A stretch of DNA of 64,000 nt from Ylistrum balloti (GCF_031769215.1 NW_026781913.1:248001-312000); one strand, 5' to 3'. Numbered from the stretch's first letter, positions 1 through 12,674 are shown. Notes: generated by a model not told the origin, from the sequence alone. Made by a program: numbers and translations.

Positions 1-692
1 GATGTTTGGATAGTTGTGTTGCTCCAAGTAACCATTTGCTATCTCTCAGCATGGACGCGGACAGGAATCGTGTTCCTTGGTCTGATGGATTATTTTCAGA
101 CTCAACATAGAACCACTGCACCGGTTTCGTGAAACGCAGTATCCTACTAACTCTGTTAGCAACATAAACATAAAATCGTCTGGTGCGGTTCTTCAGGTAA
201 CCAAGAAGAACCTTGCTATCTGAGTAGAATATCATGTTCTCGGAAGGTGTATAGATCTGTTCTTGAAGGATCTCGACAATTTCAACAGCCAGCAAGGCGG
301 CACAAAGCTCAAGTCGTGGGATGGAATGTCCATGTTTAGGAGCCACTTTAGATTTTCCTAGCAAGAAGCTGACGTGAATATTCCCTTCGACGTCTATTGT
401 TTGGAGGTATGCCACTGCTGCTATAGCTCGCTCTGACGCATCGGCATATATGTGAACCTTATTGGTGATGTCGTCTTCAGAAATCGGAGTTCTACGAGGA
501 ATTTGTAAGCTCCCCAGCTCCTGTAGTGACTTTTCCCAAGCTTCCCATTCGCTATGTTGATCTGCTGATAAAGGTTCACCCCAATCGACTGTTTCTTCAA
601 CCATTTTGCGAAGAAGTGTTTTGCCTTGTATAGTTACAGGTGCCAAGAAATCTACAGGATCGTACAGACTATTTATGGTTGACAACACTCCT

Positions 693-1475
693 CTACGAGT
701 GTAGGGCTTGGATTCCATAGACGCCTTGATGGAAAAGGTATCGGGTTCCAGGTTCCAGCATAGTCCTAAGCTGCGTTGGGAGGGAAGAATCAGATCCTAG
801 ATCTAAATCCTTGAGATCCTGTGCTAAATCATCTGACGGGAAACTGTTGATGATATCCTGTGAGTTTGAACTGATTTTATGAAGACTAATACCTGCACTA
901 GACAATGCAGCCTGAGTACGGCTCAATAGATCAACAGCTTCATCTGGGGTGGATAGAGAGATCAGACCATCATCCACATAAAAGTTGTTCTCTACGAATT
1001 CCAAAACGTCGGCTCCACAGTCGCCTTCACCTTCCTTTGCTGTCCTGCGCAGTCCATAACTTGCCACCGCTGGGGACGGGCAGTTTCCAAACACATGCTT
1101 GGTCATCCTATACTCTATCATGGGACGCGATGGATCGTTTGCTTCATACCAGTAGAATCTGAGGAAGTCTCTGTGCTCAGGAGTGACTGAAAAACAATAA
1201 AACATCTGTTGGATGTCTGCTGTTACGGCTACCTTACCCTTCCGGAAGCGAAGTAAAACTCCGAGCAAGCTGTTTGTGAGATCAGGGCCCTTCATTAAGA
1301 CTTCCTTCAAGGATACGTCTTTAAACTTGGCAGAGGAATCAAAAACGCCGCGTATCTTCCCAGACTTTTTAGGGTGATATACCCCAAACAACGGGAGGTA
1401 CCACCTCTCTCTGTCGTCATCTATAGATATAGGTGATGCGATCTCAGCATGACCCCTGTCTATGATTTCCTTCAT
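693..1475 (-). pseudogene. Bel/Pao reverse transcriptase segment
   Basis: ORF carries the Pao-type RT motifs YLPLFGVYHPKK, GPDLTNSLLGVLLRFR, ADIQQMF, HVFG, FYVDDGL; frameshifted at both ends. Confidence 0.93.
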
Positions 1476-2378
1476 GAAGGCTACCGTGTGTCTCTTTTCA
1501 TGCGATTCTTCTTGAGACTAGCGTCTAGCATGCGAGCTCTCTTGAGAGCGAGAGGCTGGTTATTTGGTAAACGGGAACGAGGTACACGAAAGGGAAGGGG
1601 CGCCGACCAAGATCCGTCAGGTTGTCTTGTGAATTCCTCATCCATGATTTTCATAAATCTACCATCCTCTATAGACAGACCGGAATTTTCATCCTTGCTG
1701 GTTCGTAAGAATACGTCCTTGCACAGATCCGGTGGGTCCTTAACGTGTATCTTGCTGGTGCATTCATCGAAGATGGTTGTCCTTCCATCGACGAGAACCC
1801 TTGTCTTCATAACGTTGACATTGCTCGGCCGGTGTGTTTTACCACAGCAGACTTCACCCACAATCACCCATCCCAATTTAAGCCTCTATGCAAATGGTTC
1901 GTCGCTTCCACCGATTCGTTGTTCAGTCACATGGAATGCTTCTGGGAGGTCTCGTCCAATAAGTAATTGAACCCCAATATCTTCTCTAATTGTGGGAAGT
2001 TGAACACCATTCATATGCGGATATGAGGAGCTGACCTGTGGTGGAGGAATTTCTTCTCTATTGTTTGGGATCTGGTCACACTCTATGATAGTGGGTAAGT
2101 TCAAAGAGTGGCTTCCATCATAAGATGTCACTGCAAACCCAGACAGACGACGGCCTGTCACGAGCTGTTTTCCTGCACATGATACAATAGCGTATGGTTC
2201 GGAATTCTGTTCAGGAATTTTCCAATAGTCGAATACATCTGAGCGACCAAGACTCCTGTTGCTCTGCTCATCTAAAATGGCATATACGGGTATGGACTTT
2301 TCTGGTTCACCAACCGGATGAAGCTTTACAAATAGAGTTTTGGCACAGGAACGGCCACCAAACTCTTTTCCGCATATT

Positions 2379-4768
2379 TTAGTGCAATGGGCTGTGGCAG
2401 ATCTCTGAGAGTTTTCTTTTACCTGTTTTATTATTTAAGGATGTCGAATTCTCCTCGCCATGAGGTGGCTGGGGCCTCTGATTACCTCTTACTTCGGTTT
2501 GAGTACCTTTGTGCTTAGGGTGGAGTGCTGAGGGGTGATGTTTGCTCTGACAAATCTTACACTTGACATTCTCATGACAGTCCCTGGATATGTGTGCGTT
2601 TGAATTGCAGCATCTGTAACATATTTTATGCTCAACGAGAATCTCTCTACGCTGTGACATGGATTTTTCTTTAAATGTCCAACAGTCATTCAACGTATGC
2701 TTTGGGTTACCAGCGCAGAATATACACTTTTAAGTCTGTCAGTACTTTAGTTCCAGCTTCACACCTCAACTCAGTTTTGTTCACTATGACATCTTGACAA
2801 CGACTATTATTTGGACGGCGCGAAACTCTTGTGTTATTTTCTGGTACCGCTATGATTAAACCTGGATCATTCATGACTGTCGACATTTCTTTTAGAAAGG
2901 CGGCAAAGTACTCGAACGGCGGATAGGCTTGATCATGAGATCTCTTATAAGCGGCTGCTCGGTCCATCCACTTATTCTGTAGTCTAAGCGGTAACTTCGA
3001 GACCACCCGATTCGTACCGAGCGATAAGTCAAAGTAAGAAAGGACACCACTGAATTTGCTGTTCTTTTTCACCGTTAGGATTTCATAGATTATATCGACC
3101 AAATCATACAGTTTCTCATGATCCCTCTGCGCGAGTCGCGGAAAGTTATCGAGCCTTTTCTTTAAAGACGATTCAACAACTTCAGGGCTACCATATTTCT
3201 CGTCTAAACGGTTCCAAATTTCAGAACAACCGCGAATTGGATCGCCGGCTATGGAGGCCTTAATGCTCTTAGCATGACGCGACGATTTCGGACCGAGCCA
3301 TTTAACAAGAAGCTCGAGTTCTTCCGTCGGGTTTGCACCTACCACTCTCATGATACCAGAAAAAACTTGCTTTCCAAGAAATGTAATTTTCAGGGAGGTC
3401 ATCAAATTGCGTTAACCTTGACATTATCAAATCTTTTCTGAGCAGATACCTGCTGAAATATAAGCATTGTGATTGAAACCCTTGAGGCTTGAAGGGAGGT
3501 GCATCAGAATTCATGGCGGGAGGAACATGTTCACTGGTGAATAACCTGTACCGAGACATGTAGCGTTAACTATAGGGTTCGCATCAAGTGATATGTGACC
3601 TTGGCCTAATTGCATGGAACTCGTATGGTGTGACACACGACTTTGGGGAGGGATACACTTACCTACAACATTTTGTGTGGCATACACATGACCTTGACCT
3701 TGGGAAGGGCTAGATTTACAAACATTATGCTCAAAATGCTGAGACTCGTGACCTTGACCTGGGGAAAGAATACACTTATCTACAACAATTTTGTGTGCCA
3801 TACACATAACCTTGACCTTGGGAGGGGCTAGATTAACCGACATGCTCAACACGCTGAGACATATGACCTTGACCTTAAGAAGGGCTATATTGACTGACAG
3901 CATTGTGCCTGGCATACTGAAACTCATGACCTTGACCTTGGGAAGGATTACATTTGCTGACAGGACTATGCTCAACATATTGTGACACAGAACTTTGGTC
4001 TATTGGAGGGGCATTTTCACCTGCAGCATAATGCTCAACATGCTGTGACTCATAACTTGAACGTTTACAGATTGCTGACTACCAGGAGTCTCTGATAAAA
4101 TCTTATTTTGGTTTATAAGCAAGAATGTCTATGTCAATTTGAAGCTCTGACTTCTTTCTCTCTGATGCTGCTCGTAACTTAATTTCTTCCTCCTCAAGAA
4201 GAGCCTGTTGTTTTCTTAACTCAGCTTCTTTCTGTTCAAAATGTAGCTGTGCCCTTTTTGCTGCGACCTTCATACGTCGCTGTACAATTTTTGACGAAGA
4301 AGATGATCTCTTGCTATTTGAAGACTTTACACTCTCTGTTCTGTGAAAGCTAGGTTCTGGTTGAGATAATAGATTTTCTAAATGTTTTAGAGTGTACGAC
4401 ACCTTTGACTCTATGTTGCTTCGTATAAAGTTGTGGGAAGATATCTCCCTAATGCTTGCGTCAGTTCTCTCTCTTTCAAGATAAGCTATGAAGATGTTGG
4501 ATTCTTTCACATAATTTGCATACACTTCCTGGATGTGTTTCATGGTATCCTCTATATCAGATATTATGCAAAAGTCTCTGTTTAGAATACCATCCAGTTC
4601 TTTTGCCAGCTTTGCACATTTTTGCGAATAAAATGACACCCTTTCTTCAAACTGCTCGACAGCCCGATCGGTTAAGGCTCTTAAACGTTTTCCTTCATCA
4701 ACTTCAGCGGTTGGGCTACCTGGTTCCCCTTGCATGGCAGGACTACCTTGGTCCTTGGTCTCGGCCAT
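2379..4768 (-). pseudogene. Bel/Pao gag region (coiled-coil N-terminus, internal ~60-bp repeats, gag core, zinc knuckles), split over several frames
   Basis: ORFs 4103-4768, 3511-3978, 3302-3559, 2707-3405 and 2379-2693 are collinear fragments. ATG at 4768 lies 32 nt inside the LTR end. Confidence 0.8.
3590..4070 (-). repeat. Degenerate ~60-bp tandem repeat (120-bp dimer) inside gag
   Basis: Core TGACCTTGACCT (or TAACC variant) at 3689, 3749, 3807, 3864, 3927, with weaker copies either side. Translates as QGQGH or KVKVM units depending on frame. Confidence 0.85.
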
Positions 4769-4799
4769 TCTTAGTTGTGGTAGTAATACTGTCTTTTAC

Positions 4800-5429
4800 T
4801 GTGCTGACTCCGACATGATAACCAACAAATTTGTAGAGTTGTCAGGCTTTATTGTCGTACCGGATACTGCTGATATTTGTATATCTATATATAGTAAAAG
4901 ATGGAAGAGATACAAACAGTTAATTAAACTTATGTTTTAATTTGATTGACACTTAATTAAAGTTAATAAGATTATAGAAAATTGGAAATTACTATTTGAT
5001 TCTGAGTAAAATGTACACATTGAAAAATATCAGAAATATGAAAGAAATATGAGCACACGCAGATGCACTTAAAACCACACGTTTAGTTACTTAGAAAGAT
5101 TGAAAGCGGTATGAGTCAATTAGCACAGCTTTTAAAATACGAGCATATGAAACTTTGCATTATGCTACAGTGAATAACTGGTAAACTGCTTAACGAGTGT
5201 CACATAAACAAACTCAAAATTGAAAATAAGTGCATGCAGATGCGTAAACTACGTATGCATTAATTCAACAGAAGGTTGGGAAATATGAAAAATAATACGA
5301 TCGCATGATCTGGGCCACATTTAATTGTCTCGGACAAATATATCAACATTCGTCTCAACGTCGGGCGGAACGCGAGGTATTCAGGGGACAGAAGGTGGAA
5401 CACTACTAAAAAATGGCAAGGGCAGAACA
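4800..5429 (-). repeat. Putative 5' LTR (~630 bp) of the Bel/Pao element
   Basis: Minus strand begins TGTTCTGCCC (5429) and ends GTCAGCACA (4800), giving TGT...ACA termini. AATAAA at 4853-4848 lies ~50 nt before the end, and the satellite starts abruptly at 5430. The second LTR is outside the window, so boundaries are unconfirmed. Confidence 0.7.
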
Positions 5430-8400
5430 GTATTTGTTACTCTACAGAAGATCATGTATTTGTACTGTGAGTTTGTTACTCTACAGAAGATAATGTATTT
5501 GTACTGTGTGTTTGTTACTATACAGAAGATCATGTATTTGTACTGTGTGTTTGTTACTTCACAGAAGATCATGTATTTGTACTGTGTGTTTGTTACTCTA
5601 CAGAAGATCATGTATTTGTACTGTGTTACTTTACAGAAGATCATGTATTTGTACTGTGTTACGTTACAGAATATCATGTATTTGTACTGTGAGTTTGTTA
5701 CTCTACAGAAGATCGTGTATTTGTACTGTGAGTGTTACTCTACAGAAGATCATGTATTTGTACTGTGTTACTTTACAAAAGATAATGTATTTGTACTGTG
5801 TGTTTGTTACTTCACAGAAGATAATGTATTTGTACTGTGTGTTTATTACTTTACAGAAGATCGTGTATTTGTACTGTGTTACTTTACAGAAGATCATGTA
5901 TTTGTACTGTGAGTTTGTTACTCTACAGAATATCATGTATTTGTACTGTGTGTTTGTTACTTCACAGAAGATAATGTATTTGTACTGTGTGTTTGTTACT
6001 CTATAAAAGATCATGTTTTTTTACTGTGTATTTGTTACTCTTCAGAATATCATGTATTTGTACTGTGTGTTGTTACTCTACAGAAGATCATGTATTTGTA
6101 CTGTGTATTTGTTACTCTACAGAATATCATGTATTTGTACTGTATGTGTTGTTACTCTACAGAAGATCATGTATTTGTACTGTGAGTTTGTTACTTTACA
6201 GAAGTTCATGTATTTGTACTGTGTGTTTGTTACTTCACAGAAGATAATGTATTTGTACTGTGTGTTTGTTACTTCACAGAAGATAATGTATTTGTTCTGT
6301 GTGTTTGTTACTCTACAGAAGATAATGTATTTGTACTGTGTGTTTGTTACTATACAGAAGATCATGTATTTGTACTGTGTGTTTGTTACTTCACAGAAGA
6401 TCATGTATTTGTACTGTGTGTTTGTTACTCTACAGAAGATCATGTATTTGTACTGTGTTACTTTACAGAAGATCATGTATTTGTACTGTGAGTTTGTTAC
6501 TCTACAGAATATCATGTATTTGTACTGTGTGTTTGTTACTTCACAGAAGATCATGTATTTGTACTGTGTGTTTGTTACTCTTACAGAAGATCATGTATTT
6601 GTACTGTGTGTTTGTTACTTCACAGAAGATAATGTATTTGTACTGTGTGTTTGTTACTCTACAGAAGATCATGTATTTGTACTGTGTGTTTGTTACAGAA
6701 GATCATGTATTTGTACTGTGTTTGTTACTTTACAGAAGATCATGTATTTGTACTGTGTATTTGTGAATATCATGTATTTGTACTGTATGTGTTGTTACTC
6801 TACAGAAGATCATGTATTTGTACTGTGAGTTTGTTACTTTACAGAAGTTCATGTATTTGTACTGCGTGTTTGTTACTTCACAGAAGATAATGTATTTGTA
6901 GTGTGTGTTTGTTACTTCACAGAAGATAATGTATTTGTTCTGTGTGTTTGTTACTCTACAGAAGATAATGTATTTGTACTGTGTGTTTGTTACTATACAG
7001 AAGATCATGTATTTGTACTGTGTGTTTGTTACTTTACAGAAGATCATGTATTTGTACTGTGTTTGTTACTTTACAGAAGATCATGTATTTGTACTGTGTT
7101 TGTTACTTTACAGAAGATCATGTATTTGTACTGTGTTTGTTACTTTACAGAAGATCATGTATTTGTACTGTGTTTGTTACTTTACAGAAGATAATGTATT
7201 TGTACTGTGTGTTTGTTACTTTACAGAAGATCGTGTATTTGTACTGTGTTACTTTACAGAAGATCATGTATTTGTACTGTGAGTTTGTTACTCTACAGAA
7301 TATCATGTATTTGTACTGTGTGTTTGTTACTTCACAGAAGATAATGTATTTGTACTGTGTATTTGTTACTCTACAGAATATCATGTATTTGTACTGTGTG
7401 TTGTTACTCTACAGAAGATCATGTATTTGTACTGTGTATTTGTTACTCTACAGAATATCATGTATTTGTACTGTATGTGTTGTTACTCTACAGAAGATCA
7501 TGTATTTGTACTGTGAGTTTGTTACTTTACAGAAGTTCATGTATTTGTACTGTGTGTTTGTTACTTCACAGAAGATAATGTATTTGTACTGTGTGTTTGT
7601 TACTTCACAGAAGATAATGTATTTGTTCTGTGTGTTTGTTACTCTACAGAAGATAATGTATTTGTACTGTGTGTTTGTTACTATACAGAAGATCATGTAT
7701 TTGTACTGTGTGTTTGTTACTTCAAAGAAGATCATGTATTTGTACTGTGTGTTTGTTACTCTACAGAAGATCATGTATTTGTACTGTGTTATTTTACAGA
7801 AGATCATGTATTTGTACTGTGTTACTTTACAGAATATCATGTATTTTGTGAGTTTGTTACTCTACAGAAGATCGTGTATTTGTACTGTGAGTTTGTTACT
7901 CTACAGAAGATCATGAGTGTTACTCTACAGAAGATCATGTATTTGTACTGTGTTACTTTACAAAAGATAATGTATTTGTACTGTGTGTTTGTTACTTCAC
8001 AGAAGATAATGTATTTGTACTGTGTGTTTGTTACTTTACAGAAGATCGTGTATTTGTACTGTGTTACTTTACAGAAGATCATGTATTTGTACTGTGAGTT
8101 TGTTACTCTACAGAATATCATGTATTTGTACTGTGTGTTTGTTACTTCACAGAAGATAATGTATTTGTACTGTGTGTTTGTTACTCTATAAAAGATCATG
8201 TATTTGTACTGTGTATTTGTTACTCTACAGAATATCATGTATTTGTACTGTGTATTTGTTACTCTACAGAATATCATGTATTTGTACTGTTACTCTACAG
8301 AAGATGTGTTGTTACTCTACAGAAGATTGTATTTGTACTGTGAGTTTGTTACTTTACAGAAGTTCATGTATTTGTACTGTGTGTTTGTTACTTCACAGAA

Positions 8401-9048
8401 GATAATGTATTTGTACTGTGTATTTGTTACTCTACAGAATATCATGTATTTGTACTGTATGTGTTGTTACTCTACAGAAGATCATGTATTTGTACTGTGA
8501 GTTTGTTACTTTACAGAAGTTCATGTATTTGTACTGTGTGTTTGTTACTTCACAGAAGATAATGTATTTGTACTGTGTGTTTGTTACTTCACAGAAGATA
8601 ATGTATTTGTTCTGTGTGTTTGTTACTCTACAGAAGATAATGTATTTGTACTGTGTGTTTGTTACTTTACAGAAGATCATGTATTTGTACTGTGTTTGTT
8701 ACATTACAGAAGATCATGTATTTGTACTGTGTTTGTTACTTTACAGAAGATCATGTATTTGTACTGTGTTTGTTACTTTACAGAAGATCATGTATTTGTA
8801 CTGTGTTTGTTACTTTACAGAAGTTCATGTGTTTGTACTGTGTGTTTGTTACTCTACAGAAGATCATGTGTTTGTACTGTGTGTTTGTTACTTTACAGAA
8901 GATCATGTATTTATACTGTGTGTTTGTTACTCTACAGAAGATCATGTATTTGTACTGTGTCTTTGTTACTTTACAGAAGATCGTGTATTTGTACTGTGTG
9001 TTTGTTACTTCACAGAAGATCATGTATTTGTACTGTGTGTTTGTTACT
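5430..9048. repeat. 39-bp minisatellite array (~3.6 kb, roughly 95 units; shorter deletion variants)
   Basis: Consensus TTTGTTACTCTACAGAAGATCATGTATTTGTACTGTGTG; 13-aa periodicity in the ORF track. Confidence 0.98.
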
Positions 9049-9420
9049 TGTCATTCTTCTACTGGAGAAATTGATGTTACAGCAGATTTGTTTCAAATTT
9101 GTTTAAGATTGCATAACTTTACGACAATGTTGGACGGATGTTTACATAGGTGATTTTAATGCAAGATGTTTTGATTTGACTGGTTTTTTTGTTGGTGTTG
9201 ATGATGCTCGAGAAAGGGACATTATTGACAAAACCATCAATGTTTTACCAATCCTTGATTTTGGTAGAAGGAGGTTACCGGTGAACTATATCACTATTCC
9301 AAAAATGACAGCTCCTCAATATAAAATATTTTAAAGTTCACTTGATGTCAAATTAATGGGAAACATTTGATATGACAGAGGGAACAAAATTGTGTCTGAC
9401 CAGTCATCGTAAGAATTTTA
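9049..9420 (+). mobile_element. Decayed LINE apurinic-type endonuclease fragment
   Basis: Hand translation gives DVYIGDFNAR (GDFNAR at 9149-9166), DKTIN (~9227) and a later GRRRLPG/YSKNDSSSI stretch where the LNGR..SxIDY motifs are expected. Stops and frameshifts present. Confidence 0.6.
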
Positions 9421-9639
9421 AGTCCAGTTTTAGAAAGTAGTTATGCAGTAAGCCAGATAAAACCCATTTTATAACAACACGCGTGATCTGCTTGAGGATA
9501 TTTTTTAGATGATGACGATACCATCAGAGAAATGTTGTCATCTTTTGACTCTGAACTCCAAGACAAACATAAAGAAATACTACTTATAGATGTTTCCTGT
9601 CACTGATTAGTATGGAAGCTGATTTCTGTCATTTCTTTT

Positions 9640-9806
9640 TGTCGCACCGACAGAACGATAATCATCGTCTTTGCACCCCCGCGAACTACCGTCTTTTCGT
9701 CGCGACAAAACAATAATCATTTGTCCTGTCGCTCTGCTAATTATCGTCTTTTCGTCGCGACAAAACAATAATTATCGTCCTGTCGCCCTGCTAATTATCG
9801 TCTTTC
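9640..9806. repeat. Short ~55-bp tandem duplication (CGTCTTTTCGTCGCGACAAAACAATAAT...) with a partial third copy
   Basis: Two near-identical copies at ~9689 and ~9745; related CGACAGAACGATAAT upstream. Confidence 0.7.
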
Positions 9807-12315
9807 CACCTTCCAGTATGGATGATGTATATGTTTTGCGGTACATCGAGCACGTTACAGAGTATGAAAGCATTTATATCAGCTGCGATTTTAACCTGAT
9901 ATACGTGTACAGGAATGTAGCGATGCGTTTATTCATAATGAAGCTTGCATTATTGAGTATGTTCTACAGACGTATAAACGGTTTGATGGCGATAAGCAAT
10001 CTACAGGTGCATCCCTATCATCTCAAATTTCTACTCTTTTTTCAACAACGAAGTTAGAGGTTACATTTATGCTCAGTTGAATATGAAAATATATTCTTAT
10101 GTAATGTAAATAATTTCAGATTTCAATGTGTTTAAGAAGCACATGCATGGACTATAACTATTGGCAAAGGAGAAACAATTTCATTTTAAGAAAAAAAAAA
10201 CATTTCGTTTCATCTGCTTATTTGATGTCTTTACCTGTAAACAGAGATGACTACCTGTGTTAGGTAAGAATCAAACCTTATCAATAACACAAAGCTACTA
10301 AATTACACTTTCAGTCTTTACAACTTATACGTTTCTCTTGTTTTGCAAATGGATTTTAACGATGAACATATAGAAGTCACACCCACGTCTATGTCCTTCG
10401 TCCCCTTCTGGAACCTGTACATCATATACTGAAGTTTGCCCTTAGGGTATATTTATCGGGGTGTTGTTACATTAACACAGGTCGAGTTGAAGAAAGGACA
10501 TGTAGATTGTTTAGATAATTCATTAATTGAATATTAAGATATCAATACTATTTGTCATTTACGAAGTATTCAAATATACGTTGTAATCATTGTTTTTGTT
10601 TCTACGTGTATGTATCAATAGATATATGTCTTGACATTTGTCGACGGGTGTGTACACCCAACATGAAACCAGAAAGAGGACCCACAATAAGCACCATATA
10701 TGAATTAGGTTTCCCTTTAACATTTCAGTTATAAATAGGATGAGCGCTGTATTGTCGGACACTTAATTACCATTTCACATACGAAGAAGTGAAATCCTGC
10801 TCTCGATGTGGCACATGTAGTGACACTCAAGCGTATGTCTTTCGCGCGTCCATCTTTGGAATATGTTTCCACTGCACGTGATATTCACTACAAAGATGAC
10901 ATTCATAATAACATTAGACACAATACAGCAAAGAGCGACTTGTGACTCACTAACTGTTGTTTTTTCTGATATCTTCATTGAGCCAAGTTTAATTTAGAGA
11001 CAGTGAAATCCAGATCAATATTTGACATACATATTCGTGGGAATTCCAAGTGAATTTAGTTACACGGCTATAAGTGGGGTACGTAAGACAGATTTGCAGT
11101 AGAAATTCTCCCAAAAGAAGAAAATAGATATTGGCCTACTAGCGACAACTTCTTAGGGCGGGTTTGTCATTTCTTCAGTTACAATGATGACTACCATGTA
11201 GTCCGTACGTCCGATAGTCCGAACACGAGAATTCAATGACCTCCTAGTCCGAAATTACGTTGTACATGTATGACATCAACAAACAAATTTCTCGTCAGGC
11301 TGCATTAACAAACAAACTTATCGTTAATAAAGGGAGTGTGATATATTTTTATGTAGCCATGAACTTTTGAAGAACAGATCGTGTTAAGATATATGACAAA
11401 GCGACGCTAAATCATTATGATAATGCACTGTGATATCTAAAATGAAAATCCATCAAAACATCCGGGTATTTGAAGCAAATTTATGTTTAAAAGTTTCTTA
11501 AATTGTATTGTTGGAACTGTCCGTAGTCTTACAAACACGTACAATTACTAACAGTAGGTAATAGAAAATAGCTTTGTTTTCTTGCAAATATTTGGTTTAA
11601 ACAATATTTTGTTTTCAGATTTTCATTTACAACATACACATACACAAATTATAAAATTGAAAATGAATCTGGCAAATATTTACAATCGAGTTTATCGTTA
11701 CGTCCAACAAACCCTAATGTATGTTGTGTGATTATGCATCTTATGCCAATTAGCTCCTGTAAAATGATATTGTCCAGCACTATTAAAATAACAATTGTCC
11801 TATAACTTTTGTAGGCGTACTCAAGTGCTCGCCAGCCTTTCTCTTTCTTCTCGTCTTGTACCATGTAAGTTAATTTTCCCTAATATCTTAATATTAAGTA
11901 TGTGATATAATAGTATTATAATGTACATGCATATCTATTCTTAGGTATCTAACTCTTTTACCAATAAACTGTAAAACCTGAAGTGAATAAACAATGATCG
12001 GGGACGAGCAAGTCAAGTTGCCTGCATATCTCGCGCCAGAGTTGACTATAACATCGGAATCCTAGACAACTGGGTACAGTGTTGGTTTATAAAAGTAAAT
12101 ACAAGGCGTTAAATAATTGGGTCAATTCAAATTCATGTATTTTTCTGACTAAGTAAGTTTTCTACCAAGTATGTTTTTTCTGAAGGAATCTGTAACAAAC
12201 GTTCAGCAATATGTCTTGTGGATATAATTTCTTATAAAATCCTGGAATATTTGTTTCACAATATCGTTGCTATATAATATATTTAGAAAGACACATTACT
12301 CATTCCTATGATCTG

Positions 12316-12554
12316 GCCCCACTTGTATAAAACATCTCAACTTGAGATTTCCTCAAGTCGAGATTTTCCTCAGCTGATATCTCCTCAAAAACGGCTTGTA
12401 TAAAATTTTCTCAAGGAACCGGAGGAAGTCCTCGGCTAGGATGTCTTGAAATTCCTTGAGGAATTTTCATACAAGATATTTTCAAGGAGATATTAGCTGA
12501 GGGAAATCTGGGCTTGAGGAAATCTCAAGTTGAGATGTTTTATACAAGTGGGGC
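12316..12554. mobile_element. Palindromic MITE, PIF/Harbinger-like (239 bp)
   Basis: About 42-bp perfect TIRs GCCCCACTTGTATAAAACATCTCAACTTGAGATTTCCTCAAG; the interior is also partly self-complementary. 3-bp CTG duplication at 12313-12315 and 12555-12557. Confidence 0.85.
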
Positions 12555-12674
12555 CTGGTTCTCAGGGTCTCGAAGTGTTACCGGGTTATTTTTGTTACTT
12601 GTTGATTACGTTCGACCGCGCAGTCGATTATTCCAAGAATTATTATTGTGTCAGACCTGCTACATTGCTCCCAT

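Larger units (their letters stand above)
1..5429 (-). mobile_element. Bel/Pao LTR retrotransposon (5' LTR + gag-pol, frameshifted; continues beyond the left window edge)
   Basis: Minus-strand domain order typical of Bel/Pao: gag N-terminus (4103-4768); gag core (2707-3405, EIWNRLDEKYG); Cys/His knuckles (2379-2740, CYRCC..H..RDC..C..C..HHPSALH); protease-like YAILDEQSNRS (~2240-2290); RT (693-1475, RGVFDSSAK, LLRFRK..ADIQQMF, FYVDDGL); RNase H (hand-translated HIYADASERAIAAVAY ~405-460, GKSKVAPKHGHSIPRLELCAA ~290-365, FYSDSKVLLGY, NPSDQGTR ~70-100). Several frameshifts. Confidence 0.95.

Noticed and set aside
1449-1970. 173-aa plus-strand ORF
   Set aside because: Antisense shadow of the Bel/Pao pol region.
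5325-9153. Dozens of Cys/Tyr-rich ORFs (MYLYCVFVTLQK...)
   Set aside because: Translations of the 39-bp satellite on both strands; not genes.
10590-10720. Minus-strand snippets YGAYCGSSFW and HISIDTY reminiscent of GPCR/opsin TM3 (..ISIDRY)
   Set aside because: They lie in different frames, the DRY Arg is absent, and no other TM exons were found; likely chance.
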